From Octopus sinensis (taxonomy: Eukaryota): a DNA stretch of 64,000 nt. Of the stretch, positions 13,390 through 26,535 are shown one piece after another (the first letter of the stretch is position 1; each line of letters begins with the position of its first letter). The notes below the pieces were generated by a model. It did no database searches. It saw nothing but the letters and a program-made list of their open reading frames with translations, and had not been told where the DNA came from. The position numbers were made by a program, and so were the translations under genes. The stretch spans positions 44,764,001-44,828,000 of the forward strand of contig NC_043003.1 in assembly GCF_006345805.1 (NCBI RefSeq). The letters run 5' to 3'.

Positions 13390-13900
13390 TTCTAATGTAT
13401 TGACCTAGCAGATTCGTTACTGCACCGAACAGTGCTTGCATTATTCCAATCAGCTATGCTACATCCATCTAGTTGGGGTCTGTGAAATACCTACCAGTTG
13501 AATTCTGAGGTCAATATAATCAATGAGCAAACACCCCAATGTTTTACGTCATATACTTTCGGTATACTACTGGTATCGTCTCCACTTTTTCATTGCCCAT
13601 TAGCAGTTCATCGTAGTTTTTCACTTTTCCGTCTTCTTTCTCTTCAATATGTTGTTACCAGGACATCCTATATCAAATATCAGACTTTTTTCTGTTGTTC
13701 ATTACAGCGATGTCTGAACCATACTTTCCAGAAAACCCCATACAGATCATTTTCGCCACATTGTCATGTCGCTTGGTGTATTTACGCTTTGCCAGTTTCG
13801 GTCATTTCCTATAAATGTGCTACATTCTGCATTTGTGGTTGCGTTGAAGCTTTCCCGGAGCTATGATGTTTGTTAGCTCAGCATTATAATTGTTCATGTT
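13390..13900 (-). mobile_element. Degraded RLE-type LINE 3' end (R4/Dong-like, different subfamily)
   Basis: Minus-strand broken frames give KCRM*..HL, KRHDNVAKMI, LIFDIGCPGNNILKRKEDGKVKNYDEL and VETIPVV. The 3' end abuts the triplet array. Confidence 0.72.
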
Positions 13901-14069
13901 ATTGTTGATGATGGTGCTTTTTACGCTGTTTTTTTTTTGAGGGGGTGGGTTAAAGGCGTCCGAAGCAAAGAGTGAAAGTTTTCTTTGTCCTTTCTCTTGA
14001 AATTCGAGGAAAGAACTTACACGATTTGTTCGGACCTGAACAACGACTGGCTTCCTTTCGCCAAATGCT

Positions 14070-14630
14070 GAGAATAAATGCATTCCATTTGGGTAAATGA
14101 TCATGTTAGTGAGCATATTGTTGAAGGTAAAAATATCACCATTCTTTGGGATTTTCCAGTCGACACTGACTGAAATATCTAGGCTGATCGGCCAAACATA
14201 GTCATTAAAGAGAGGGAAGCAAATACTTGTAGACTAATAGATGTAAGTGTTCCACTGCTAAAAATGTATCTGTAAGGGAGTTGACAAATTAAGTAAATTG
14301 AAATAAAAAAAAAAGATGTGGGATCTCAAAGCGAGAACAGTTCCTAGGTATGATAAAAAAGGGATGTCAGAAACAATGAGATAATATGCCAGGAGAACCA
14401 TGTCTCAGACAAATCCAAAAGATTGTGCTGCGAAGTACTGCGCACATCCTGAGAAAAAGACTATCAATTTAAATGTCTGTGTTATATTACATGTAGATAG
14501 TTTGCTACCCGCCTTGCCACTTGCCTTCCCCAGGCTTTCAGTCATACCGTAACGGCCTTTATCCTTCACTCGACCTAGGTCGCTGGGTGTGTTCCGGCAA
14601 GTGATTGTAACAAACGTGTAGATAAAAAGT
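14070..14630 (+). mobile_element. 5'-truncated R4/Dong-type LINE 3' end (another subfamily)
   Basis: EHIVEGKNITILWDFPVDTD..ADRPNIVIK..CRLIDVSVP, then QIQKIVLRSTAHILRKRLSI* (stop 14470-14472), a 3' UTR, and (TAA)n. Confidence 0.85.
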
Positions 14631-14652
14631 AATAATAATAATAATAATAATG

Positions 14653-14735
<83 letters not shown>

Positions 14736-14775
14736 AAGAAGAGAAGAAGAAGAAGAAGAAGAAGAAGAAGAAGAG
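14630..14775. repeat. (TAA)n(GAA)n microsatellite
   Basis: Directly visible. Confidence 0.97.
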
Positions 14776-16213
14776 TAATAAGAACAAAAACAATAACAAT
14801 AATAACATCACATTTTTTCATTCAGAACTCCATTCTGATATCAGCACTGAAATATATGGAGGACCTAGCGTTACCGTCGAGGGGATGTTATGAAGCAGAT
14901 AGAAGAGATGGGCTATAAGCATTTTGGGATATTGGAAATGGATGAATTGATGGAGAAAAAATGACAGAAGCATGTTAGGTGGAGAATTTGCGTGTTTTTA
15001 TATGAAGTAATTGAATATGATGAAGTTCTCTGCCATTGCATAAATAATTAGCTTAAGCTTAATTCTTACTTAAATTCAGTATTTTCACTAAGTTTATGTT
15101 CTACGAATTGTTATAGTGAAATGAATCCTAAATAATAGACTATTATATCCTATCTTGAAATACGTCAACTAGAGCTATGACTATTATACATACAAAATAA
15201 ACAAAATAATATGGTGCCTGTTTATATCTCGTTGGAAGAAAATTTTGTCTGTATATTTATATATTCTGTCGAGAAAAATATACAAAAAATATTATAAATA
15301 CCGCAACTGTCTGAAATATTTTATATTTTATAAAATCCTATTCTCAATATGAGGTCGAAAATGTGAAGTTTTGTTTTCTGAACACTTCCCGCTGACAAAT
15401 GAACAGAATAAAAATTAAACCTGTCAAAAATTTCATATCTTTTAAATATATTCTTAGCTGTGTGCGTAGAAATCTATTTTAGAACTTGCGCTAGTTCACT
15501 ATTTGACCATATATGATAACTGCGCCAACCATGGTATTGATGCAGAACTAGTAAATCACAAACAGAGAGAGACAGAGAAAGAGAGAGAAAGAGAGAAGAG
15601 CATAAATTACCTACATATGCAATGCGGACACGAGATTTACCAATAATTTACGGTTACTATTTCAGGTATTTTTATGTAAAATATGTTAAATATAGTAAAA
15701 ATGTGAATTTAAAATCTGAGATTGTATTAAAGGTAAAAATAGAGGATATTACACAGTGCGCATTCCTGTATTTTTCTCAGATTATCTGAACATAGATAAA
15801 ATTATGTTGGACTGAGAAAACACATGATATACAATAGAGTATTATGAGTTTTTCAAGTACTAATACAAAGCCCGTTTACTGAAGTTAAAATCAGTGCTTA
15901 AAGCTTATAACAGGCATTGAATTATACATGTCTCTTCATTTTGGACTTACGTGTAGGAAGACTGATTTCAAATGTTTAATGTCTGAAGACAGAACAAGAG
16001 AACTGTTTTAATTGTAACGTTTGTAAAATGTATAATTGGTATTTTAGTAGAATTATTTATGTTCGTAACAAAATATTTCGGAAATAATGGACAACAAGAC
16101 GCATATGTAGCGAGGGAAATAGCTAAAAAGAATTACAACTTTGTCTCCTTTAACACCACGAGCGATAGCGTGAGAAAATTACAATTTCATGACATCGGCT
16201 ATAGTAAAACTAA

Positions 16214-17345
16214 TACAAGGGACGGTTGAAATCTTTATAGTAGAACCAAATACTCTCACGGAATATATATATTGTTTAACATTCAACATGGATCCGCTTG
16301 CTGTTCATACACACTTCTTCCATCGGAAAGGCAGTGATTGAATCTCAGCAAATATGTCATCAACGTTGCGATATTAGTTCCTAGCTGCCAGGCGTTTCTT
16401 CATGTTGGGAAACAGATGAAAATTAGATGGGGCCAAATCAAGGGAATAAGAAGGGTAATCAATCAAGAGAAAGTGAAAAATCACGCGCAGCAGCTATTGA
16501 AACAAATGATTTGTATGTTGGATCATTATCCACATGAAAAGCGATACATTTCGCAAAATGTCCTCGTCATTTGGTCTTGATAACCTTTTCGTAATTGGGC
16601 ATAGTACTTTCCACAGAGCATGGTACTTTCCACTGGCCATAGTACTTTCCACTTTCCACTGATGGCACAGCCCTTCTGAAGATAGTCAATAAAGGTAGTG
16701 CATTTTGCATACCAAAATACTAAGGCCATTACCGTTCATGCAGATTAAAGCACCATAACATTCTTTGGAATTGATGAGGGGGCGTGATTCCATGGCATGC
16801 ATTTTCTCTTTGTTCCTGGCTCAAAGTGATGAAGGCAACAGTCTTCCTGGGTAAGGACGCGTCCAAGGAAACCAGATGGATCTGCCTCAAACAATGTAAA
16901 ATTTTTCCATGGTGAAATCAGTCTGCTAATCTCTTGATCTGGTGTCAGAAGAGGTGGCACCTACTGAGTAGAATTCTTCATTGTGCAGAACAACGCTCTT
17001 ACAGGATATGCTAATAGCGTTGACTATTTGATTTATATTGAAATGCCTGTCATCCGATACCCTGTAGGGGGGAAAAATGTTTTTATCGAAGATTGCAGTT
17101 TCAGTACATACACACCTAGGTTCATCTTCAAGTCCTACCGTTCTCGTCTTAAATTCTGCTGTCCACTTTTGCCCTGATAATAAAGATGTAGGATTATCCT
17201 TTAATACAAGAGACATGTCAGCATGAATGTCCTCGGGACGTAATGTTTATTTTTTGTAGGTAACTGGTTACACCGCAATGCCAAATTTTGTCCATTTTCA
17301 AGTGATACGTTACTATTTATATGGAATACTTCTTTAATCAGTTAG
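16214..17345 (-). mobile_element. Tc1/mariner DNA transposon relic (transposase pseudogene)
   Basis: PLLTPDQ..FEADPSGFLGRVLTQEDCCLHHFEPGTKRKCMPWNH and MALVFWYAKCTTFIDYLQKG are mariner DD34D-family motifs. TA plus TIR-like tacaaggg at 16214. The right boundary is approximate. Confidence 0.9.
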
Positions 17346-19164
17346 ATATATGTGTACCGCTAAAAAAACAATGCAGTTATTAATAAGTAGGAGTGAAAGT
17401 AATCCATGCAATATTTCAAAGCTCTAGTTATCGACCCTTTATAGTCTGCCTATGAAAATTTCAGCTCTCCCTCGTATGCTAAATATAACAATGAAAAATT
17501 AATTAATGACTATGAACAGTATTTAGAAATGATCATTCCTAGCACATGTTAATAAATAACGAAATAATCGTTAAACTTGTTGTATGTTTCGACCGAATTG
17601 AAGTATGGTGGACTTTGTGTAAACTAACAGTGATGAAACAAACAAACAATGAGAAAACAATGAGAAAAATTCAGTGTAACAACACACACATACAGATGTC
17701 TCAAAAATAAATTTTTAAGTGACAGAATAAATTCTTCCAATAAATATTTGCTGGAGTACAGAAAGTGAAGCAATCGAAAACAACAAGAGATCCTATATTA
17801 CAATTAGATGTATCAGTTAAATACACATACATATTTTTCTGCGTATAATCGCATAAAATGGTATATGTGTAGACAAACAGACGGTCAAACAAACCGACAA
17901 TCCAACAGACACAGGGTACACAGTTCGACAGACAGATAGACACAAGACAGACAAATAGGCAGATGTGTGTTAGAATTCCGTTACGTGGATTTTCATATCT
18001 TCAATTAACTTTACAATCAAGAACATTCTATTGGAGTGAAAGTTTCTGAGCATTTACTGTTAGTGTAAATCTTGTTATTAATATCGCAAGGTTTGGTAAG
18101 AAGTGCATTCCAGCTCATGGCCTACACGAATTACGTGTTCCCAATATCAATCACAATGAATAGATAAACCTAGGGTAAAGAAAATTTGATTTGCCCAGTA
18201 CGCTACTCAACAGAATAAAAACAGGTTTCATGATTGCGAAGCGAACTTCTGTAACATTCATCCATCCGTATTGTGTGTGTGTGTGTGTGTATACACATGT
18301 ATTTGTGTCTGTTTGTGTGTGTGTGTGTGTATTTGTGTTTGTCTAATCTTCTAAAGGTACACTCACTTTAACCTTGCAAAAATAACAAACAAACATATAC
18401 CTACACATAGGCACACGTATGTATATATACGTATACAACGTACTTTTGTCGATGTTGTAGACTTTAGAATGAACTGTCAGAAATAACAGCTAAAGTCCCA
18501 GAAACCAGTCAACATCGTCCAAAATAAAATGTATTCGATAATATAATACCATATTCCTTGAGCATTGAAGAAAATGGGTTTATGACGGTTAAATTACCTT
18601 TGATTATCAATCTGCTCCATGACGGCTGACGTCTAAGAAACAGTAAATACATTGGAAGACGTCAAATCGTATACGATCATTAATTCATATATGCACACAT
18701 AAACGTTCAACTATTAGGTCAAGAGTTGCCTACAGCCAATCAGTTATTCACCATATTAAATAAACATTGTCAGCACAAGTGCTGTCATTATAGTTTCACT
18801 TTCCTTTAATGAACAAATAATCAAATGATTAAATGAACTGCCATACAAACAAGATGTGTTGTGAAATTACTTTTTTCGTCAGACCTCTTCTGATCTCAAG
18901 TGACCACGGCTGTAATTGTCAACCTTACTCACGCTTTCAATCAATCAGTAACACATTTCCCAGTTCGTATCACATATCTCTATTGGAATATTTACAAATA
19001 GTATAATGAGAGTATTTGGTTTTATCGAACATTTTCTCATGTGATTTTCTTTTACTGTTTTTACTGGTTTTCTTACGAATACAGTAACACAACAATGACT
19101 ACATACAAAACTGTATCTCGAGCTACGAATAAACACACACACGCACACACACACACATACACAC

Positions 19165-19203
<39 letters not shown>

Positions 19204-19254
19204 GGAGAATTCACGAAAAAATCAAAAGACGATGACAGGTGGTGTACAAAACAA

Positions 19255-19345
19255 ACAGCTGTATTAGTATAACGCTCGGGAATAGAAAAAGTCTTTTACG
19301 TTTCAAACCTATGCTCTTCCACAGAAAGGAACACAAAAAGAAGCA
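19255..19345 (-). ncRNA. Candidate minimal type I hammerhead, family H2 (core CUGUGGA), fold 19293-19328
   Basis: Minus strand reads cttt CTGTGGA A GAGC atag GTTT GAAA CG T A AAAG. Homologous to 44610-44645. Confidence 0.55.
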
Positions 19346-19593
19346 AGGAGAGAAAAAATGTGTGTAGTGGCTACCGATCTATATATATACAGGTATTCAC
19401 AATTTAAGTTAGTTGAAATATGTTTGTCACATATTTCAACTAAGCAAAACTGTGGGTATATGTAAACAACGCTTAGAGCCATTACTCCGATATTTTTTGC
19501 GATCGGGCGATCTACAAGCACGAATCAGTCAATGTGTTGGCTGCATTATGTAAAAAGCTTTAAGCTTTATTCAGTTCATTAAGAGTTGCCTAA

Positions 19594-19827
19594 AGGCGTC
19601 GAGCTGGAAGACACGTTAGCAGGCCGGGCGAAATGTTTAGCGGTATTTCGTCTGCCATTCTGTTCTGAATTCAAATTCCACCGATGTCGACTTTGCCTTT
19701 CATCCTTTCGGGGTCAATGAATAAAGTACCAGTTACGCACTGGAGTCGATGTAATCGACTTAATTCCTTTGTCTGTCCTTGTTTGTCCTCTTTATGCTTA
19801 GCCCCTTGTGGGCAATAAAAGAATAAG
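19594..19827 (+). mobile_element. tRNA-derived SINE family A, well-preserved copy
   Basis: Head gagctgg..gttagc..gccgggcgaaatg, B-box-like gttctgaattcaaatt, core gtcgactttgcctttcatcctttcggggtc..gtaccag. Confidence 0.9.
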
Positions 19828-20943
19828 TGTTGCTTGTCTTATGTACATCTCATCGACGTGAGTCAATGCACTCGAAACATCGATGTTTAAGATCCCGAAA
19901 GAGGGCGACATTGAACGAACTGGGTGTTTTCACACATTTTTACCATAAGAGAGTAACCGGTAAAATATTAAAACTAATATTGATCAAAGGACAAATTTAG
20001 TATGTCCATCTGCTCGAAATAACAGTCAAAACTCCTATATAAACCGCCGAAAAAATAACACTGATAATAACTACAGAAATCAACCGCTTTCCAGCATACG
20101 GTTTAAGAAAATCATTCAACATACCAATATAACATGCAGCGACATATTTTCTAGTATTTGAACTCACGTGTACTGGTTTGTTGACTGGCATTATAGCCAC
20201 ATCCACCTCAGCACGATAAAAAAAATCCCCCAACCCGACACGTTGAAATCTGCGCTGTAAATGATTTCTTTTGCACAAAATCACAGTACTTTCAGTTAAT
20301 TCGACGGAAAATATTTGCAAAGGTACCATACTATTCTCTAGTATGAAATAATTATATTGATAATAACAGGATTAATGTTATAGGCGATTGCAGTCCCCCC
20401 CAAAAAAAAACAACAAAAACGGTAAATAACTGAAGTTTTAAAATGTATATCAATCAAAGGACATACTGAGTACGTCAACCTGCTGGAAATAACAGTCAAT
20501 CTCTAATTTAAACCGCCAAAAAGTAGCATTTTCAATAATGACAAAAAGTTTGACAGTCCGGTCCTAAGGTACTCAAAATCTTTTATTTTGCAAATTCCGA
20601 ATTATAAAGCAACATGCAAAGATTCCACGATGCTACAGAAAGTATCAATCTATCAAAAATAGTATTTTTAATTATCAGCATCCCAAATGTCTTATATGTT
20701 TAACTAGGTTTAAATCCTCATGTTATTTTATTTTATTTTTACGAATATTTTTCATTTCATTTTCATTCGCACAAATATTTTACTTCACAACTTTTTTCAC
20801 TTCACAAAGCCTATCTATATCATTATGAACTGTTTTAAAAATACTATAATAGTATCTTTTGAAAATGTATCATTATCAAGTTCTGTATGTAGGAGATATT
20901 TTAAGCTTTCTCAATTTCTAAAATTTTCAATCGAATTATTTGT

Positions 20944-21027
20944 ACCTCTGATGGGAGAAATGCAACTATTTGTATCGACTGGAAAACTCGCCCAATACAA
21001 ACATATTCCTCGAAACGAATGTAAAGT
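20944..21027 (+). ncRNA. Degenerate hammerhead candidate with extended helix II
   Basis: acct CTGATGG GAG..TTTGTAT CGA..TCG..ATACAAA..CTC GAAA CGAATG T A AAGT. A9 is replaced by G and helix I has a mismatch. Confidence 0.4.
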
Positions 21028-21115
21028 TTTGTAATACTGCTTTTCTTTGGAGTGTAATACTGAAGCGCTTGAAACATAACATCTCGATGAAGTTTTTATA
21101 TATTTTGTATTCCTA

Positions 21116-21161
<46 letters not shown>

Positions 21162-21349
21162 ACAAAATAAAAAAGGGTAATAACATAGGTTATTATTACC
21201 AGTGGCCTAGTATTAGTCATTAGACAAAATATTATTCATATAGAAATATAATAAAATGCTCTCAAATAAAGGAGCTTAGTGCTAGAGACACAAAGAGGGA
21301 TAAATTCATGGAGAGAGTGAAAATCGAAAACATTTACCATTAACGATAT

Positions 21350-21429
21350 ATCCCGGACCGATCAGTTTCTACCTCTTTCTAGCAAAACAGACAGAATATG
21401 TTTGCCAAGGCAAGGTTCGTCAGCGGGAC
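21350..21429 (-). ncRNA. Candidate type I hammerhead with GUC cleavage triplet
   Basis: Minus strand reads gtcccg CTGACGA ACCT [about 38 nt] AGGT A GAAA CTGATCGG T C cgggat. Helix I is 5 bp plus a G-U. Helix III is near-palindromic. Confidence 0.65.
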
Positions 21430-21449
21430 GCCTTCCTAATTCTAGATGC

Positions 21450-21674
21450 AGATATCTATATCTATATATATATATATATATATATATATAGATAGATAGA
21501 TATAGATATGCATCTATACATAGACATACATATATATGTATATATATATATACATATATATAAATATATATATGTATATATATATATATTATATATATAT
21601 ACATATATATGTGTGTGTGCATACATATATACATAGACATTCATATATATATATATATATTATATATATATATA

Positions 21675-21752
<78 letters not shown>
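21450..21752. repeat. (TA)n-rich microsatellite
   Basis: Directly visible. Confidence 0.97.
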
Positions 21753-21757
<5 letters not shown>

Positions 21758-23847
21758 AACAGCTTTCAAACAGTTTAAGTACATATAACTAAATTTCACT
21801 GAAATTGATGGGTGATCATTTGGCCAATCAGATTTGCAAGGAGCCATGAGAGCTTCGATTTGTGGGTTCCATTCAGCCTGAGGTTAGCTCATCATTTTTC
21901 GGTCATTCGTTTATATTTAATAATTGTCGCTTTAAAATCGGAGGTTAAATATCATTGTGATATATACACGTTAGCATGCAAAATACTTCATATAATACAG
22001 AGTAACGAATTATAAGTACTGTAACATCATATACGCATAAAACACAAATATGTATCTTATCAAATCGATTAGCGTTACTTTACGTACTGTTTTTCTTTTC
22101 TGCTGAAAGGTTTTTTTGAGGTTGTTTACTGCTGAAATTAACCAGATTGTCATGTCGTCGTTAGAAGTTACTTAGAAAATCTCTGTGTATGATATCAATG
22201 TAAATCATGTTGCATTGTACCAAGTTACACGCAGGTGCCACGTGGTTCATATGGGCTAAGGAACTGAGATATTTAGTTAAATTTGCGTACATATCTGTGA
22301 TACTTCACGCGGAGTTGGGCGTTGAGGAAGAGAAGAAAGTGTCGAGAAATCTATAACGTAAAGAATGAATGTCACATAGATTATTATCAGTATATAACGC
22401 AGCACTGCGATCTGAAATGAATCTACTCAATTAAAATTTAAATGAAGAAGGAATTTTATAGGTAGGCAGATTTTGGGAGATGTGGCTGATGAACACACCC
22501 GAATACTCTGCAGATATCTGCCTCGACATTTTTCCACCCCAAAAAGAAGACTAGAACAAAATTCCAATAGTGAGTACGATTAGTGAGTAGGTGCACAATA
22601 GATCTCTTTATACAGAAAGTATACTGGAGGAAATAAAGAAGGGGTAGGTATTGTTATAGGGTTAATGCATATCGGAATGTGACACAGTGAAGTGTATTTC
22701 TACGTAGCAGTGAATATATCTTTGCAAAGAGGTGTTTCTGAGCAATGGAAGCTACATTCTCGTAGCTCTCTTTATTGGTTTCAAACAACCAGAATAACTT
22801 TCACATTTGGAGTTTCTGCATATAAATTCATGAGTGTGATGGAAGGAAGAGGTTAGATTGGGAAACATTTTACCTACTGTAAACATAGCTAAGCGATTTG
22901 GATGACCATAGAAATCAATTTCAATGATATTTTTTTATCCCATAGGTCACATAATTTTTTTCATGTTTTATATGATAACTGAATTTTATTATATGTTTAT
23001 CCAATAGACATATGATGTTTCTCTGAACATATTCTACTATCCTTATTGAGACGTATACTATTCAGCTGCCAAAGTTGTAGGAGTGTTGTATATTACTTAT
23101 ATTGGACCTGAGAACAGTATATCTTACATAGAGTCGTATGAATGAAATTAAAGTAAAGTATATATTTGTTATATTTTTAAACTGCAATATATAATTACTG
23201 AAAAATTAAATCTGCGCATCTTTCAACAAATTTAAACGAGGAAATAAAATCAGCCCATCAAAAACACATTTTGCAAACAAACTAATAGCTTGAAAAAAAA
23301 TCTTATTATAATCCATCCTATTATACTGAAAAGCATTATTGTGCCATCAATAAATCAAATTACTTACAGATAACAATGGCATATTAGTTTCATTATATAA
23401 AAAGTATTGATTATAACGTCGATGTCTTGCAATACTGTATCTGTTCAATGCAATATATTATCAGTTTTGTTCATGATTCAAAAGAACCTACTGTAAAATA
23501 TTTGTAAACTCGGGATATCTGATACATGCAGCAATAAAAAGTTAATGAAATATAATCAATATATTTTTGCATGGAGTAGTTTTAATTTTTATGATGCCAA
23601 CAATGCACATAGACTATGAAACTGTATGTATACAATCTCTTGAGTTTTATATATTTAGTTTTTATTATTAAAACCTTTGTTGCGAGTTTGTCTGGCGACT
23701 CTAGCTATGTGCTGATGATGATCAGAATGACGCGAAACTTCAGTTGTGAGATACACGCTCATCTGAAATTCTGACAAAAACCATATCCTCTACAATAATC
23801 ATTGAGCACTTCTTAACCTTTATTCAATATTACGTGTCGTAAGACTA

Positions 23848-24019
23848 AAACGTTCTAATGCTGATGCCAAAGCATATATGTATCAACAGGGACTGTAAAT
23901 GCCAGAAAGCATCGGTCGAGATGTACCCATATCTGAAATATGACTATATCTGAGATATGCCCACTGCTGAGACTAGTCAATTAGTACATATGTGCTTTCA
24001 CATCAGCATTAGAACGTTT
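23848..24019. mobile_element. MITE-like element with 35 bp terminal inverted repeats
   Basis: aaacgttctaatgctgatgccaaagcatatatgta versus tacatatgtgctttcacatcagcattagaacgttt: the outer 19 bp are perfect, with 3 mismatches overall. Confidence 0.6.
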
Positions 24020-24575
24020 AGTATATATGTATGTTTATGTGCGTGTGTGCGCACGCCCATGTAAAAGCACAGAGCATAGTATTATGCGTGGTACACTCAT
24101 GATCGTCAGATTGTAGTTTCAAAGACTGGACATGGTTGTACATTGTGTTCTTAAGCAAAACCCTTCAATGCATATTGCTCGGTACTTACTTCAAGTACGC
24201 TGTGCATCTGATCAGGCAACATCAATTTGGTGTAGTGATTAATGTAATGTGCAGCGCAAACACGTGACCATTATAATTAAGTCATTTTTGCAGGTATTTC
24301 AAGAAGAAATTTTTAACCCGTCTTTATTAAAGAATGGGAGTCTACCAACAGAAGTATATATATATATATATGAAGTTAGATTCGTAATATTACGCGAATG
24401 TCGAGATGATTCGGCAGTTTTGCAATCTAAGTGCCTGTTGAGCTATGAGCTTCATATAGTCGAGTTGCTCCTTCCCGCAACATTTCAGCCTTTGCCAATA
24501 AAAAGACTATTCATATTTATTATCATTGATAACTTATTATTGTTGTTATTCTTTTTCTTCCTATTATTTTCATTA

Positions 24576-25590
24576 ACGCAGCGTTCTAGCAGAACAGTTA
24601 GCACGCTAGATGAAATTTTTAATGGTATTTTGCCTGTCGCTACGTTCTGAGTTCATATTCCACCGAGGTCGACATTGCTTTTCTTCCTTTCGGGGTCAGT
24701 TAAATAAGTACCAGTTATGCCCTGAGGTCTATGTAATCGATTGAATCCCCTTCCCCAAGCTGCCGTTGTGGCAAAATTTGAAATCATTATTATTATTAAC
24801 GCAGCGAGATAGCAGAAATGCTTAGTGGCGGACGAAATGCTTTGTGATATTTCACCCTTCGCTACGTACTGAGTTCAAATTTCGCCCATGTCAACTTTGC
24901 TTTTCATCCCTTCAGTGTTTATAAATTAAGTACCAGTGAAATACTAGTGTCGATACAATGAACTAGTTCCATCCCTAAAAATTTTAGGCCTTGTCCCTTT
25001 AGTAGAAAGGCGGCATGCTAGTAGAATCTATAATATGCCTGTAGATCTGAGTTCAAATACCGCCAAGGTCGACTTCAACTCTTATCATTTGATTACTGAG
25101 GTCGATGCTAATAACTTACCACCACCCAGAAATTGCTGAACTTGTGCATCATTGTTGGTATTAGAAGGGCGACCTGCTGGCAAAATGTTTAGCGCACTGT
25201 GCCAAATGCCTAACGGTATATCTTTCGTCTTTACGTTCTTAGTTTAATTTGCATCATCCTTTCGCGATCGATAAATTAAGTACCAGTGAAACACTAGTGT
25301 TGATATAATCGACTAGTCCACTTCCCCAAAATTTCGGGCGGTGTGTAGGAAGGATTATTACAAGGGTGGAGAGCTGGCAGAATTTTTACACACCCGTCAA
25401 AATTATTAGCAGCATTTCATCCACATTTACCTACTGTGTACAAATATGAACGACGGGGAAGAGTTTAATATTCATCATTTCTGTGTTGCAAAATAAGTAC
25501 CAGTTGAACCGTGGGACCAATTTTATCGACTTAGCTCCTTTCTCGAAATTCCTGGCTATCTGCCAAAACTTGAAACCATTATTATTTCAT
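24576..25590 (+). mobile_element. Five head-to-tail SINE family A copies
   Basis: Heads at about 24576, 24799, 25008, 25165 and 25362. Each is followed by a recognisable core (aagtaccag or gtcgac) and most end in an att-rich tail. Confidence 0.85.
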
Positions 25591-26039
25591 ATGTTATTGG
25601 TCGTTTTATTCTTACCATTTTAATAAAACACACTACTTGAGTATTTTTATTGTAAGATTGCTGCTGTTTTTCTCATGAAATCGTTAAACTATGTATGATA
25701 AAATAAATTAAATCCAAAGCGAACAGGACGGACATAAAGGTGTAAACATCTTAGCGTCAATTTGAAATCAATCTATTTATTCTTCGTTTAGACAATAATT
25801 CATTGATATCTTTTGTGTATTTTGCATAACATTGATTGATTGTTGTTTTTGTTTGTAATTTATTTCATCATTTCTTTTTCTTTCCCCTTGTTTCCCGCCT
25901 TGTTTTTTCTTTATCTTTTGTTGTGTTTTCAGATCGTAATAAAGATCAAAGTTTGTTTTCTGCAAACGAATGGGCGACTGTGGAAAACCTTTCAAAACCT
26001 ATAAACATACGTTGCCTTGTACACTTATCGCTTTCCCCT

Positions 26040-26483
26040 CCACACACAAGCACACACAGACACAGACACAGACAGACACATACATATACATATTTATATA
26101 TGTATATGTGTGTAGGTGCTTGTATGCATATATATAATATGCATACATAAATACCTACATATATATATGTATATATATATATATATATAATATATATATA
26201 TATTATATATATATACATATATTATATATATACATATATATATATATACATATGCATATATACATATACATATATATATGCATATACATATATATATTTA
26301 CACATATATATACATATACATGCATACATATATATATATATAATATATATATATATATATACAAAGAGATAGAGAGAGACGCATTACATATGTTTGCCTT
26401 TCTGTCTCAACATGTGTATTGTTAGTGTACATTCATACGTTATTCGATATCAGAAGCTCTGATACATATATTTTTATAACGCG

Positions 26484-26530
<47 letters not shown>
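26040..26530. repeat. (CA)/(TA) compound microsatellite region
   Basis: Directly visible. Confidence 0.95.

Positions 26531-26535
<5 letters not shown>

Noticed and set aside
15962-15975. 14 nt minus-strand match to the 3' part of miR-29 (CATTTGAAATCAGT)
   Set aside because: The seed TAGCAC is absent and no precursor hairpin forms.
16214-17345. SETMAR-like host gene
   Set aside because: No SET domain and the transposase frames are broken, so it is a mariner relic.
23707-23750. CTGATGA...GAAA hammerhead-like motif
   Set aside because: Helix II is mismatched and helix I does not pair.
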